Shown here: in pieces, positions 9,503-19,030 of the stretch
How the letters are laid out: each line of letters opens with the position of its first letter
Position numbering within the stretch: the stretch's first letter is position 1
Made by a program: the position numbers and the translations under genes
Notes under the pieces: model-generated
What the model was told of the DNA's origin: nothing
The model's input: the letters and a program-made list of their open reading frames with translations, nothing else
Database searches by the model: none
Assembly (NCBI GenBank): GCA_002009975.1
Contig: MTLP01000012.1
Span: 96,001 to 160,000 of the forward strand
DNA from: Thermococcus sp. JdFR-02
GTDB taxonomy: Archaea; Methanobacteriota_B; Thermococci; Thermococcales; Thermococcaceae
Direction of reading: 5' to 3'
Length of the DNA: 64,000 nt

Positions 9503-10006
9503 TTAAGATAACTGTGTGGTCATTGAGTTTAAATCTGAAATAAAGATTCGGAAAAAAGAAGGGGCAATTATGTCTCCATTTGGTGCAATTGCGAATGCTT
9601 TAAAGTTATCAACTCCAGTTCCCATAATCCCAAGAGGTGGATTTCCATGAAATTCAATTGCCCATTTAAGATTTCCCTGACTATCAAGCCTCGCAACTAA
9701 TGGAAGACCGTGAGCACTTATAATGACAATATCACCGTTTGGAGCAAGAGCTAATGAATCGGCTGGTATATCTTTTACCCAGTTTATACTTCCGTCTGGC
9801 TTGAGACTCATAAGAAAATTATCTGCTGCGACTATGATATTCTCATTTAGGGCAACGGCAACTCCTGTTATGCCATCGTGATAATTATCTTTACCATAAC
9901 TTCTAGCCCAATAATTTTGTGATATACTTGCAGCTTCCTCTAGAGAAACCAAGCTTCCAGTTAATAACAACAATATAACTAAGAGGTTTACTCTCATTTC
10001 AATCAC
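9503..10006 (-). pseudogene. Truncated secreted beta-propeller repeat protein
   Basis: Signal peptide, WARSYG, repeated APNGDI and GxxxW blades, ending abruptly after NGDIIA in a T-rich terminator-like tract. Confidence 0.6.
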
Positions 10007-10389
10007 TGCTACTTTATGATATGCCGTTGTATGTTAAATCCTTTATGGAGTTTAAGCTGATACTGTCTAGGATAAGTTCTGAGAGGTAGTCATTTTAAGT
10101 TTCTAAAATACTGTGAAAAATAGGAGAGAAAATGACAAGGGTCATTCTGTGTAAGATATTTTAAACTTTATAAAAATCATTATTGAAGAAACAAGATCCT
10201 ATTACAGAAGAAAATTCAAACAACACTATTATTCTCAATGGACTCAGCTACTGATAAGTTGTAGAAGGTATGACTCTCGGTTTAAAGCTCCGTCAGCAGG
10301 TATTACTGAATAGCTTCAGGAAGATGTCAACCTTATCTTGACAGCATCACAGTATCTCTGAGAAATTTGAAAGGTATAAAGGGAAAAGG

Positions 10390-13104
10390 CTACTTTCTTT
10401 TCATGTACGTTACGATGACTGCAAGAGCAACTAAAGCTCCGACTCCTAAACCTAATGTCCTTAATCCTGTTTTTTGCTTTGTGTTCACTTTTATGGGTAC
10501 TTTTATCGAATCTTCGAAGATGTAAATGTTGTCATCACCATTCTCCTTATCACCAACTGCTCTAAGCCTGACTTGAATTGTGTACTCCTTTGGAATCGCA
10601 TCCTTGTTTATACTCAGCTCTATGACTCCTTCTCCGCTTTTTCCTGGATCGAGAGTTCCTATGTAGCCAGTTCTTTTAGTTAGTGTAAATGGTTGGCTGG
10701 CTTTAACGACTCCCTCAATAATAACATTTTCTGCTTGCTCTTCGCCAACGTTCTTAACTCTGACATAAACTTTGACATCTTTGCCCTGCATCGGTGTTTT
10801 GTCGAATCTAACGCCCTCAACTACTATCTTCGGCTTGCCGTTCACTATTATTGGAACAGTTAGGGTTATGTTCTTCGTTTCTCCCAGTGAATCTTTGTAA
10901 GTGATTTCAACTGGAATCTCGTAGGTTCCTCCTTTAATTCCATCTTTTACGTTGATTCTAAAGATAGCTTTAGCTGAATCTCCTTGCCTTAAAGTTCCAA
11001 GGTTTATTACCTGCTCGCTCGTCTCGCTTAGCTCGAATGGATCTTTAGGCTTTGGCTTAAGGAGAATATATCTCGCAGTTCCGCTTCCAATGTTCTCGAC
11101 TTCAAGACTTACTTCAACGTTGTTTGTTCCTGCCAAAACTCTGCTTGGGGAAGTTGAAACTTTTGAGATTATCAGTTCTTCCTTTCCAAGGACGTTGATA
11201 CCCATTAAGCGCTCATCGCTCACTTTCTCATCATCTGGAGTTGAGAGATACTCAATTCCTATTCTCAGTGGATAAACTCCGTTTTCCACTCTGTCATTAG
11301 CTTTTATGTGGAACTCCAATGTTACCTCCTGATTTGGAGCAACCACAGGGACATACTTTGAGTTGTCTTCACCAATTGGCAAAAACGCTTCAACGTTCCT
11401 CTTAGCTAGCTCTTGCATTATCTGGTTTAAGGCTGTTTGAAGGTTTTCACTTATAGCTTGGCTTCCTTGGATGGGCAAATTCTGAAGAGATGACAAATCA
11501 ACGTTCTTTATCTCTCTCTGAACTTCAGCTTTGTAGGCCAAAATCTTAAGCTCAAAGGCCCTCGCAGTTTCCTCTCCAACGTTTTTGATCTTAATCTTAA
11601 GCGTGAACTCATCTCCTGGCTCTATCTTTTTAGGCTCGAGCTCAACGCTCTCAATCTCTATGAATGCCTTTCTTCTCTCAAGAACTTGAACTGAGAACTC
11701 AAAGTTTTGGCTCATGCTTTCCTTTGCATCGCCGCTGTAGTAGGTGAGCTTTAGGATTAGAGGATAGCTTCCAGTCTTTGCGTTCTCAGAAACGTGGAGC
11801 TTGAACTTGTATTCGACTTCCCCATTTGCCCTTACAATGGCAGTGTAGTACTGATTTGGGCTGTTGCTTATTAATATAGCTTTCTCAGGCGAAACTTTTG
11901 GAAGTTGTGATGAATCTTGAATGTTCGGAGTTATAACCGGCTCAAGAGTTACCAAAACATTCTTAGCTTTCTCTCCACCAACGTTCCTGAGCTTCACTTT
12001 AACTTCAAAGTCCTCTCCGGGATAAACAACATCTGGCTTTTCAATGCTCTCAATTACAAAGGTTGCATCACTTTCCCTTGCAACGGTAATTCCAGCGTAG
12101 TTGAAGCTCTGCATCTGCTGCAAGCTTTCTCCCATTCCAACTGAATAGATTACAGTTACATAAACCGGATAAATGCCTGGAGCAGCATTCTCATTGACTT
12201 TAAATTTAAACTCGAGTGTTTTCTCTTCCTTTCCTTCGAGATACTCTATATACTTCGTTGCAGTATCGACAGGCATTAAAAGACTTTGAACGGCACCACT
12301 TTGAGTTAAAGCTTGAGCTAAAGCGTTGCTTGAACTTCCTTGCTCTTCCGCACTCATGCTCATTGGCATCGGGGAAACTATAACATTGATGTATCTCGCT
12401 TTTAAAGCACCTTCGTTCTTCAGGTGAACCTTTATCGTAACTTCATCGCCAGGATTGACGCTCTTTGGCATTTCTATGCTGGTTGTTATGAAAGCGGGTA
12501 GCGTTGATGCTTTCCACTCCTGAGGTCCGCTTATGCTGAGCTTTGCACCGTTTGGGTATATCTGAAGAGCTGTGATTGTGACTTTCTCACCATGAACATC
12601 AAGCTCAATCGTCTCGTTTTCACTTATGTAGTTGTACTTTATCTGAACGTTGACCAAATCCTGAGGAGTCAAACCGAGTTCTGGATGTGCTTGAATGGTT
12701 GCGAGTATTGCGTTAAATATTTCTTCCTCGCTTGCTGTTTGTAGCCATTGATAGAATGCTAACTGGTCTTGTGGATCTGTCATATTGTAGCCAAGCGTTT
12801 CTCCCATTAAGGTTAAGAAGGTTTGGTTGCTGAGCAGGCTCTGAATTAAAGCTGTATTTGGAGTCATTACTGGAGTTGCGACGTTGTTTATGACCTTGCC
12901 ATCCTTAGTTATAACTATTAAAGCTTGATATATGCCGTTTAGGTAGTTCTTCTGTACATCTGCCACCGTTATCACTAACGGACCAACGAGGAGGTACTCC
13001 CCTTTATCCAAATAACCTTCAAAGAGCAATGTATCTTGAGCCAAAACTACGTTAAAGAGGCTCGAAATAAGCAAAAGACCGATTAAAATTCCCGTTTTTT
13101 TCAT
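10390..13104 (-). CDS. COG1361-like S-layer-domain/Ig-repeat cell-surface protein
   Basis: Signal peptide, five (K/R/E)NxG...Y Ig-like repeats, C-terminal TM plus MKRK; overlaps the RND gene. Confidence 0.82.
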   Translation of the reverse strand: MKKTGILIGLLLISSLFNVVLAQDTLLFEGYLDKGEYLLVGPLVITVADVQKNYLNGIYQALIVITKDGKVINNVATPVMTPNTALIQSLLSNQTFLTLMGETLGYNMTDPQDQLAFYQWLQTASEEEIFNAILATIQAHPELGLTPQDLVNVQIKYNYISENETIELDVHGEKVTITALQIYPNGAKLSISGPQEWKASTLPAFITTSIEMPKSVNPGDEVTIKVHLKNEGALKARYINVIVSPMPMSMSAEEQGSSSNALAQALTQSGAVQSLLMPVDTATKYIEYLEGKEEKTLEFKFKVNENAAPGIYPVYVTVIYSVGMGESLQQMQSFNYAGITVARESDATFVIESIEKPDVVYPGEDFEVKVKLRNVGGEKAKNVLVTLEPVITPNIQDSSQLPKVSPEKAILISNSPNQYYTAIVRANGEVEYKFKLHVSENAKTGSYPLILKLTYYSGDAKESMSQNFEFSVQVLERRKAFIEIESVELEPKKIEPGDEFTLKIKIKNVGEETARAFELKILAYKAEVQREIKNVDLSSLQNLPIQGSQAISENLQTALNQIMQELAKRNVEAFLPIGEDNSKYVPVVAPNQEVTLEFHIKANDRVENGVYPLRIGIEYLSTPDDEKVSDERLMGINVLGKEELIISKVSTSPSRVLAGTNNVEVSLEVENIGSGTARYILLKPKPKDPFELSETSEQVINLGTLRQGDSAKAIFRINVKDGIKGGTYEIPVEITYKDSLGETKNITLTVPIIVNGKPKIVVEGVRFDKTPMQGKDVKVYVRVKNVGEEQAENVIIEGVVKASQPFTLTKRTGYIGTLDPGKSGEGVIELSINKDAIPKEYTIQVRLRAVGDKENGDDNIYIFEDSIKVPIKVNTKQKTGLRTLGLGVGALVALAVIVTYMKRK

Positions 13105-15353
13105 TCTTCACCACCTCTAAGCCTTTTTCCATAAAATATCTGCAGTAAAGCAGGGGTAACAAGGAAAGCAGCGAACATTGAGGAAAATATGCCAACAGCC
13201 AAAGTTTTTCCTAAATCGTGGATTGGAGTTAGCTGGCCAACTAGCAGGGCCAAAAATCCACCAGCAGTTGTTAGACCACCGATCAAGATTCCAGGACCAA
13301 CGCTTTTGACAGCAGTAACTATTGGGTGCGGATTTCCTTCATTTAGTTCTTCCATGAATCTGTGAGTTAGATGCATTCCGTAGTCCACTCCTAAACCTAC
13401 AATCATTGAGATAATTCCAGCCAGTGTTTGGCTGAATGGAATTCCAACCCAGCCCATGTAGCCGACAGTCCACAGTGCACCAAGGAACATTGGCATTGCC
13501 ATCGCTACTGAGAGCTTTGCGTTTCTAAAGAGTAGAATGACTATAAGAAGCACAAAGAGCGTTCCGTAGGTTGAGATTTTACCGAGTTCTTGGTTCGTTA
13601 AGTCATCCAAGACATAGCTCAAATAAGTCTCTCCAGCCAGAGAAACCTGTACTCCTGGTGGAAAGTCGGCATTTTCAACTTCATTCTCAAAATACTTCAT
13701 TATTCTCCTAAACTGCTCTTGAGTAACTCCCATGAAGTTTCCTTTGAACCGAATTACTGCCATTGAATAATCCGAGTTCACTAAGCCCTGCCCTTGATAT
13801 TCCTCCAGAGCTTTCTTTATCTTCTCCTTATCATTGGGAATGTAGCCGTACTTCTGAATCACAATGTCAGCGATGCTGTTAGCTTCAAAGACGTTGTTGT
13901 AGTAAGAATCTGCTTTAACGCTCTGCTCAAAGCGGTAAATAGCTCTAACAACACTTGAATCTCTAACGTCATCTGCTTTCACCAAAATATCTACTTCATC
14001 TTGACCTCCGAATTCATACCTAACGTCTTTCATTACCTCTATCTCTGGTATCCCCGCTGGAATCATCTTCTCAAGCCTGACCTCAGTAGTTACTTTGGTT
14101 AAGCCGTACCCAAAAAACAGAGTCACAACAAGTACTAATGCCAAGAAGCTCTTTGGATGATCTCTAACTATTCTTCCAAGGCTTTCAAAAACCCTAGCTA
14201 CAACTCCTGAATGAGCTCTAATCTCTGGAATCTCATAATGACCAGTGAACTTTTTCCTTAAGTCCTCCTCCAGAATTATGATCGCTGGAGTTATCACCAC
14301 AGCATTCAATGCCGCTAAGCTCAAACCCATTATTAAAGCAACACTTAACCTCTGCAGTGAGGGCAATATGGAGAGGCTTAACGCTGCAAATCCAGCTATG
14401 GTTGTCAACGCAGCCCCAAGCAGAGCTTTACCTGTTTCAGTTATGGCTTCTTCAGCTGCATTTTCAATGCTCCTTCCCTTCTTTCTCTCTTCGTAATATC
14501 TGTTCGTTACGTGAACACCATAATCAATACCCATACCTATCAGCATAGCACCGACGGTTGTAGTTGCCATGTCAAGGGGAATTCCCAAAAGCCCCATAAA
14601 TCCGAGAGTCATTATAACCCCAAAGATGAGGGGAATAAGGGGAACTGCTGCTTTTATTGGAGAGCGATAGAAGTAGAGCAGTATCAAAACGACAATCAGA
14701 AAAGCAACTCCCATAGTTTTATTTAAATCGCTCTGCAAAAGCTTCAAAAGTCTATAGGCAATTCCAACAGTTCCAGTTTGAACAACTTCAACGTTTTTAG
14801 GAAACTTTACTTCATTAATGTCCTCTTGGAGTTCTTCATAAACCCTCTGCAGGACTTTAGAATCCTTTTCTCTGTTTAAGGTCACCACTATCATCGTTGT
14901 TCTATAATCAGAGCTTATCAATCCTTGTTTAGCTTCCTCAGGGAGCATGTTCAGAACGAGCCGCACTTCATCTTCGTTTTCTGGCAATCGTCCAAGAGTT
15001 TGAACGTAGATGTCGGCTATGCTTATTGTGCCCGTTACATATTCATGCTCTCTAAGCCTCTGCTCAAGCTCGTAGATTGCTTGGATTACTTGCGGATCCC
15101 TTATGTCATAAACGCCCCCTTCCTCTATGCTGTTAACCTTCACTATAATTATGGCAACATCTCCGCTTTGGAATTCATCTTGAAGTGCATAATAGTCTTT
15201 CACTGCCCTTAAGTCTTCAGGAAGCTGTTTAGATAGATCACTCTCAAAGCTGAGCTTTGTCATGCCGTAGAATGAAAGGATGAGCAAGAATACCGCAATT
15301 AAACCGAAGGTGACTCTGTACTCGACGATGATCTTTGATAATTTTTTGAGCAT
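13101..15353 (-). CDS. RND/MMPL family exporter (archaeal HAE3 type)
   Basis: Internal duplication, two GxG(I/V)DYGxHxTxR motifs, about 12 TMs with two large extracellular loops. Confidence 0.92.
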   Translation of the reverse strand: MLKKLSKIIVEYRVTFGLIAVFLLILSFYGMTKLSFESDLSKQLPEDLRAVKDYYALQDEFQSGDVAIIIVKVNSIEEGGVYDIRDPQVIQAIYELEQRLREHEYVTGTISIADIYVQTLGRLPENEDEVRLVLNMLPEEAKQGLISSDYRTTMIVVTLNREKDSKVLQRVYEELQEDINEVKFPKNVEVVQTGTVGIAYRLLKLLQSDLNKTMGVAFLIVVLILLYFYRSPIKAAVPLIPLIFGVIMTLGFMGLLGIPLDMATTTVGAMLIGMGIDYGVHVTNRYYEERKKGRSIENAAEEAITETGKALLGAALTTIAGFAALSLSILPSLQRLSVALIMGLSLAALNAVVITPAIIILEEDLRKKFTGHYEIPEIRAHSGVVARVFESLGRIVRDHPKSFLALVLVVTLFFGYGLTKVTTEVRLEKMIPAGIPEIEVMKDVRYEFGGQDEVDILVKADDVRDSSVVRAIYRFEQSVKADSYYNNVFEANSIADIVIQKYGYIPNDKEKIKKALEEYQGQGLVNSDYSMAVIRFKGNFMGVTQEQFRRIMKYFENEVENADFPPGVQVSLAGETYLSYVLDDLTNQELGKISTYGTLFVLLIVILLFRNAKLSVAMAMPMFLGALWTVGYMGWVGIPFSQTLAGIISMIVGLGVDYGMHLTHRFMEELNEGNPHPIVTAVKSVGPGILIGGLTTAGGFLALLVGQLTPIHDLGKTLAVGIFSSMFAAFLVTPALLQIFYGKRLRGGEE

Positions 15354-15365
15354 TTCAATCCCCCC

Positions 15366-15389
15366 AACTTTCGGAAATTTCCGAAAGTT
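15366..15389. promoter_or_regulatory. Perfect 24-bp palindromic operator candidate
   Basis: AACTTTCGGAAA|TTTCCGAAAGTT between the RND gene RBS and the AT-rich divergent promoter region. Confidence 0.75.
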
Positions 15390-15442
15390 TTATAATTAAG
15401 AAAGCTTAAAAATCTTTTGGTACAACATTAGGAGATTTAAAA

Positions 15443-15670
15443 ATGATAGCCTTCATCCTCATTACAACCCAAAACGGGAAGGAGAATGAAACTGCAGAAA
15501 ATCTCAAGAAAATTCCAGAGGTTAAAGAGGCATACGCCCTCTATGGGGACTATGATGCCATTGCCAAAGTGGAAGTTGAAAGTTTGCAAAGATTAAGCGA
15601 GCTTAGAAACGAAATCTTAAAAGAGAATAAGGGCATTTTATATACCGAAACTCTAATCTGTGCGAGGTGA
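15443..15670 (+). CDS. Lrp/AsnC ligand-binding (RAM) domain protein
   Basis: IPEVKEAYALYGDYDAIAKV, TETLI; no HTH. Confidence 0.85.
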   Translation: MIAFILITTQNGKENETAENLKKIPEVKEAYALYGDYDAIAKVEVESLQRLSELRNEILKENKGILYTETLICAR

Positions 15671-16203
15671 TTGTGTTGGGAATTGAAGAGGCAAGAAGAA
15701 TTATAATGAACCACTTTGCAAATGCCGCAAGAAGATTCGGATTGAGTGAGCTTTATGGATACATTTACGGTGTCCTGTTTTTTGCAGATGAACCATTAAG
15801 CCTAGGTGAAATTGCAGAGAAAACTAGATATTCTCTTTCTCACGTTAGTTCTGCTTTAAAGCTCCTCGAAAGTGTCGGGTTAGTTACAAGAGTTAAAAAG
15901 CCGGGAGATAAAAAGGCATACTTTACAGCAATAAAAAATCTAAAAGAATGGAGAAAGGCCGCATATTATAACAAGCTTCTTGAAGATGTCCAACAAACAA
16001 GAATAAATGTTCAAAAAGCTCTTGAAGAAATCAAGGATGATAAAAGTGAAGAAGCACAAAAAATACGAGAAAAACTTAAATTCATGCTTAAACGGAACGA
16101 AATAACTGAAAGAATTATAAAGCTGATTATAAGGAGCGATGAAGAGAAGCTCCTCGAAAAACTAATCCACTGCCTAGATGAACTTGAAAAGGAAAGAACT
16201 TAA
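15667..16203 (+). CDS. GbsR/MarR-like winged-helix transcriptional regulator
   Basis: YGYIYGVLFFADEPLSLGEIAEKTRYSLSHVSSALKLLE...KPGDKKAYF; true start may be TTG 15676. Confidence 0.85.
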   Translation: MIVLGIEEARRIIMNHFANAARRFGLSELYGYIYGVLFFADEPLSLGEIAEKTRYSLSHVSSALKLLESVGLVTRVKKPGDKKAYFTAIKNLKEWRKAAYYNKLLEDVQQTRINVQKALEEIKDDKSEEAQKIREKLKFMLKRNEITERIIKLIIRSDEEKLLEKLIHCLDELEKERT

Positions 16204-16237
16204 AAAGGAAAGCAAGTAAACCAATGCAGGTGATCAA

Positions 16238-16744
16238 ATGAACCCTTTAGTAGAGGCACTGTGGTACATACTACCAGCGTATTTTGCTAACTCCTCCCCG
16301 GTACTTTTTAAAGGAAAAACTCCTATGGATTTTGGAAAAAATTTCATTGATGGGAAGAGAATTCTGGGAAATGGAAAAACGTGGAGAGGATTTTTTGGTG
16401 GTTTGTCTGTTGGAGTGCTAATTTCTTGTGTACAATACCAAATAATTCCTTCTTATTACGGCTCTTTTGAGACTGCTCTTAAGCTTGGCTTTGCCCTCTC
16501 TTTTGGCGCACTTTTAGGAGACATAATAGGAAGTTTCATAAAGAGAAGGGCTAATTTACCTCAAGGTTACCCTGCAATAGGATTGGATCAGCTGGGCTTT
16601 TTAATAACCGCTTTGATTTTAGGGTATAATGTAAAAGCTCTCTCAACAGCTCAGGTTCTCTTTTTGTTAGCTGTAACTCCATTTATCCATTGGGGAGCCA
16701 ATATCTTTGCTTATAAGATGGGGTGGAAAAACGTCCCTTGGTGA
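16238..16744 (+). CDS. carS: CDP-archaeol synthase
   Basis: PAYFAN, PMDFGK..DGKRILGNGKTWRG, GDIIGSFIKRR, LDQLGF, KNVPW. Confidence 0.9.
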   Translation: MNPLVEALWYILPAYFANSSPVLFKGKTPMDFGKNFIDGKRILGNGKTWRGFFGGLSVGVLISCVQYQIIPSYYGSFETALKLGFALSFGALLGDIIGSFIKRRANLPQGYPAIGLDQLGFLITALILGYNVKALSTAQVLFLLAVTPFIHWGANIFAYKMGWKNVPW

Positions 16745-16802
16745 TTTAACATTTCTATTTACTTCTGCGGAAAAATTATAAAAAATTGTTGAGAGCTTTT
16801 AC

Positions 16803-17078
16803 ATGGTGATGTGTGTGAGAGTGAAGGTTAGATATTTTGCCCGCTTTAGAGATATTGCTGGAGTTTCAGAGGAAGAGTTTGATATTCCAGATGATGCTAA
16901 AGTGAAGGACTTAATTGAATTAATTAAAAAGAAGCACCCCAAGTTTAATGACGAAATTTTTGAACAAAATGAAGAAGCTGATGTGAATGTTTCTAAGAAT
17001 GGTAGATACGTGGATTTTGACGAAGAACTAAGGGAAGGAGATATTATTGCACTTTTCCCACCAGTGAGCGGTGGTTAG
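16803..17078 (+). CDS. Ubiquitin-like sulfur carrier (SAMP/MoaD/ThiS family)
   Basis: VRYFARFRD, C-terminal ALFPPVSGG; probable start GTG 16815. Confidence 0.92.
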   Translation: MVMCVRVKVRYFARFRDIAGVSEEEFDIPDDAKVKDLIELIKKKHPKFNDEIFEQNEEADVNVSKNGRYVDFDEELREGDIIALFPPVSGG

Positions 17079-17079
17079 G

Positions 17080-17778
17080 ATGCTAAGCGAGAAGGAACTG
17101 GAGAGATATGATAGACAAATAAGAATTTTTGGCATTGAGGGCCAGGAGAAGCTTAAAAAAGCAAAGGTTGCTGTTGTTGGGATTGGTGGACTTGGTAGTC
17201 CAGTGGCTTATTATCTTACAGCGGCTGGTATAGGAGAGATCTTACTTATCGATGAACAAATTCCTGAGTTAAGTAATTTGAATAGACAAATCCTCCATTG
17301 GGAAGAAGATTTGGACAAAACCCCAAAATCTTTATCTGCAAAACGGAAGCTTGAAAAGTTAAACTCTGATGTAAAAATTGAAGCTTTTGTTGGAAAACTC
17401 ACAAGAGAGAACATTGAAGATGTTTTGAAAGATGTTGATGTGATTGTTGACTGCTTGGACAATTTCGAGACAAGGTATCTGCTTGATGAGTTTGCACATA
17501 AAAAGGGAGTTCCTTTGGTTCATGCTGCAGTTGAAGGTCTTCATGGTCAAGCTACAACTATAATCCCTGAAAAAACAAAGTCTTTGAGGGAAATATTCCC
17601 AATTCCTCCAAAGAAAAAGGAGAAGTTCCCAATACTTGGAGCAACAGCGGGGGTAATGGGAACCATTCAAGCCGCTGAGGTGATTAAGCTTATAACTGGA
17701 TGTGGGGAACCTTTAGCAAATAAACTTTTGGTGATTGATTTAGCTCACAATGCTTTTGAGATAATTGAGCTTAAATAA
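17080..17778 (+). CDS. ubaA: ThiF/MoeB/E1-like adenylyltransferase
   Basis: RYDRQI, GIGGLG, SNLNRQ, DCLDNF; adjacent to SAMP. Confidence 0.88.
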   Translation: MLSEKELERYDRQIRIFGIEGQEKLKKAKVAVVGIGGLGSPVAYYLTAAGIGEILLIDEQIPELSNLNRQILHWEEDLDKTPKSLSAKRKLEKLNSDVKIEAFVGKLTRENIEDVLKDVDVIVDCLDNFETRYLLDEFAHKKGVPLVHAAVEGLHGQATTIIPEKTKSLREIFPIPPKKKEKFPILGATAGVMGTIQAAEVIKLITGCGEPLANKLLVIDLAHNAFEIIELK

Positions 17779-17797
17779 AACGAAATTTTTCTATTAG

Positions 17798-18187
17798 TTA
17801 AGTCTCAAGTATCTCGATAAGTTCCTCTTTCTTTAAGTTTTTCGTCAATCCAAGCTCTAAAGAGTGCTTTAGCAGATATTCTGGAAATTTTGAATCTTCA
17901 AAAAATGCACGAATTCCCATTTTTGGAATGTAGAAAAAGTAAATTCTCTTTTTTAGTTCTCTGCTGGTGGCAACCATAAAGCCTTTTTCTGCATTAATTC
18001 TAACAACTTCAAAACCAAAAACCTCCGCTAAGCTTAAAAACATCTCAAAGAGCTTTGTCCTTGCATCTTTTAGAGCCTTGTTCACTGCCTGTTTCGATAT
18101 GTCAAGATTTTCAGCTATGTCAATTTCCCTAAGCCCTTTAGCCTTTAAAAGCCAAATTTCCTCCATTCTATCAGGTAGTTTGAACAT
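17798..18187 (-). CDS. HTH DNA-binding protein (sigma70 r4-like HTH)
   Basis: GLREIDIAENLDISKQAVNKAL. Confidence 0.7.
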   Translation of the reverse strand: MFKLPDRMEEIWLLKAKGLREIDIAENLDISKQAVNKALKDARTKLFEMFLSLAEVFGFEVVRINAEKGFMVATSRELKKRIYFFYIPKMGIRAFFEDSKFPEYLLKHSLELGLTKNLKKEELIEILET

Positions 18188-18890
18188 TTTGAGCCACCTT
18201 CCAGAGGGCTTTGATAAACTCCTCAGTGTTCTTCGCTGTTATCAGATACAGTCTCCTAGGGGTTCTTATCACAACATATTCAACACTATAAACTTCCCAA
18301 ATAGCAACTGTGAGGACAAATGCCATAATTATAAACATAAGAATATCATCCGCCGTAATACTTCCGATCTTTAAGTAAAGCATGAGAACTGCAAGAAGCA
18401 CAAAGGAATATGTAAAAATCCCAGTAATTTTTTTCTTTGAGAAAGGTATGGTAAAAGCAGAAATGTAAAATAGTCCAAAGACTATCAACCCAATATCTCC
18501 AAAATAGTACCCTTTCAGAAGTCCATGTGGCAAGATTATTAAATCAAAAAGAGCATAGGCAACAAGAATCATAAACAGAATTATTTCCCACTTAAAATAT
18601 TTGGCAATTGTGCCTTTTTGAAGTTTATTAATGGTTGTTATTTCCTCAATTTCGCTAAAGGGAATCTTTATCTTCAGCTTTCCAAATACATATTTCAGCA
18701 CGATAAAATCCTTTTCGACTTCAGCTCCAGTTCCCCAAGAGGCAAACAAAACAATCCAGCCAAAAATCCAAAAAGGCCAGTAGTTTTCAGGTGTCACCCT
18801 CGGGAGAACAATGATAATAGTAAATGAAATAACCACTAGAACAAACGGAATTCCGCTGAAGTTCATGGGTCTTACATCTTTAAGCTTCAT
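18171..18890 (-). CDS. Multi-pass membrane protein, hypothetical
   Basis: Several hydrophobic segments; ATG 18890 behind GTGA RBS; overlaps the HTH gene. Confidence 0.7.
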   Translation of the reverse strand: MKLKDVRPMNFSGIPFVLVVISFTIIIVLPRVTPENYWPFWIFGWIVLFASWGTGAEVEKDFIVLKYVFGKLKIKIPFSEIEEITTINKLQKGTIAKYFKWEIILFMILVAYALFDLIILPHGLLKGYYFGDIGLIVFGLFYISAFTIPFSKKKITGIFTYSFVLLAVLMLYLKIGSITADDILMFIIMAFVLTVAIWEVYSVEYVVIRTPRRLYLITAKNTEEFIKALWKVAQNVQTT

Positions 18891-18911
18891 ATTAATCACT
18901 ATTCAACCTTA

Positions 18912-18931
18912 GTCAACATATATAGGTTGAC
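18912..18931. promoter_or_regulatory. Inverted-repeat operator candidate GTCAAC-N8-GTTGAC
   Basis: gtcaac atatatag gttgac between TATA (TTTATAAA ~18937) and RBS of the membrane-protein/HTH operon. Confidence 0.55.
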
Positions 18932-19030
18932 CAAAGTTTATAAATTTTGCGATAATTTGCATGAGTTATATTTTTCAAATGATAAACTTTAAAGTTTCAG
19001 ACTAAGAATTACCTGTTGAGGGAGTTAAAA

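Noticed and set aside
10325-10343. TGTCAA-N7-TTGACA inverted repeat in the long spacer
   Set aside because: Short, not positioned at an evident promoter, compatible with chance
8392-10389. Integrated element at tRNA-Ala
   Set aside because: No integrase and no duplicated tRNA end (att site) noticed in the window
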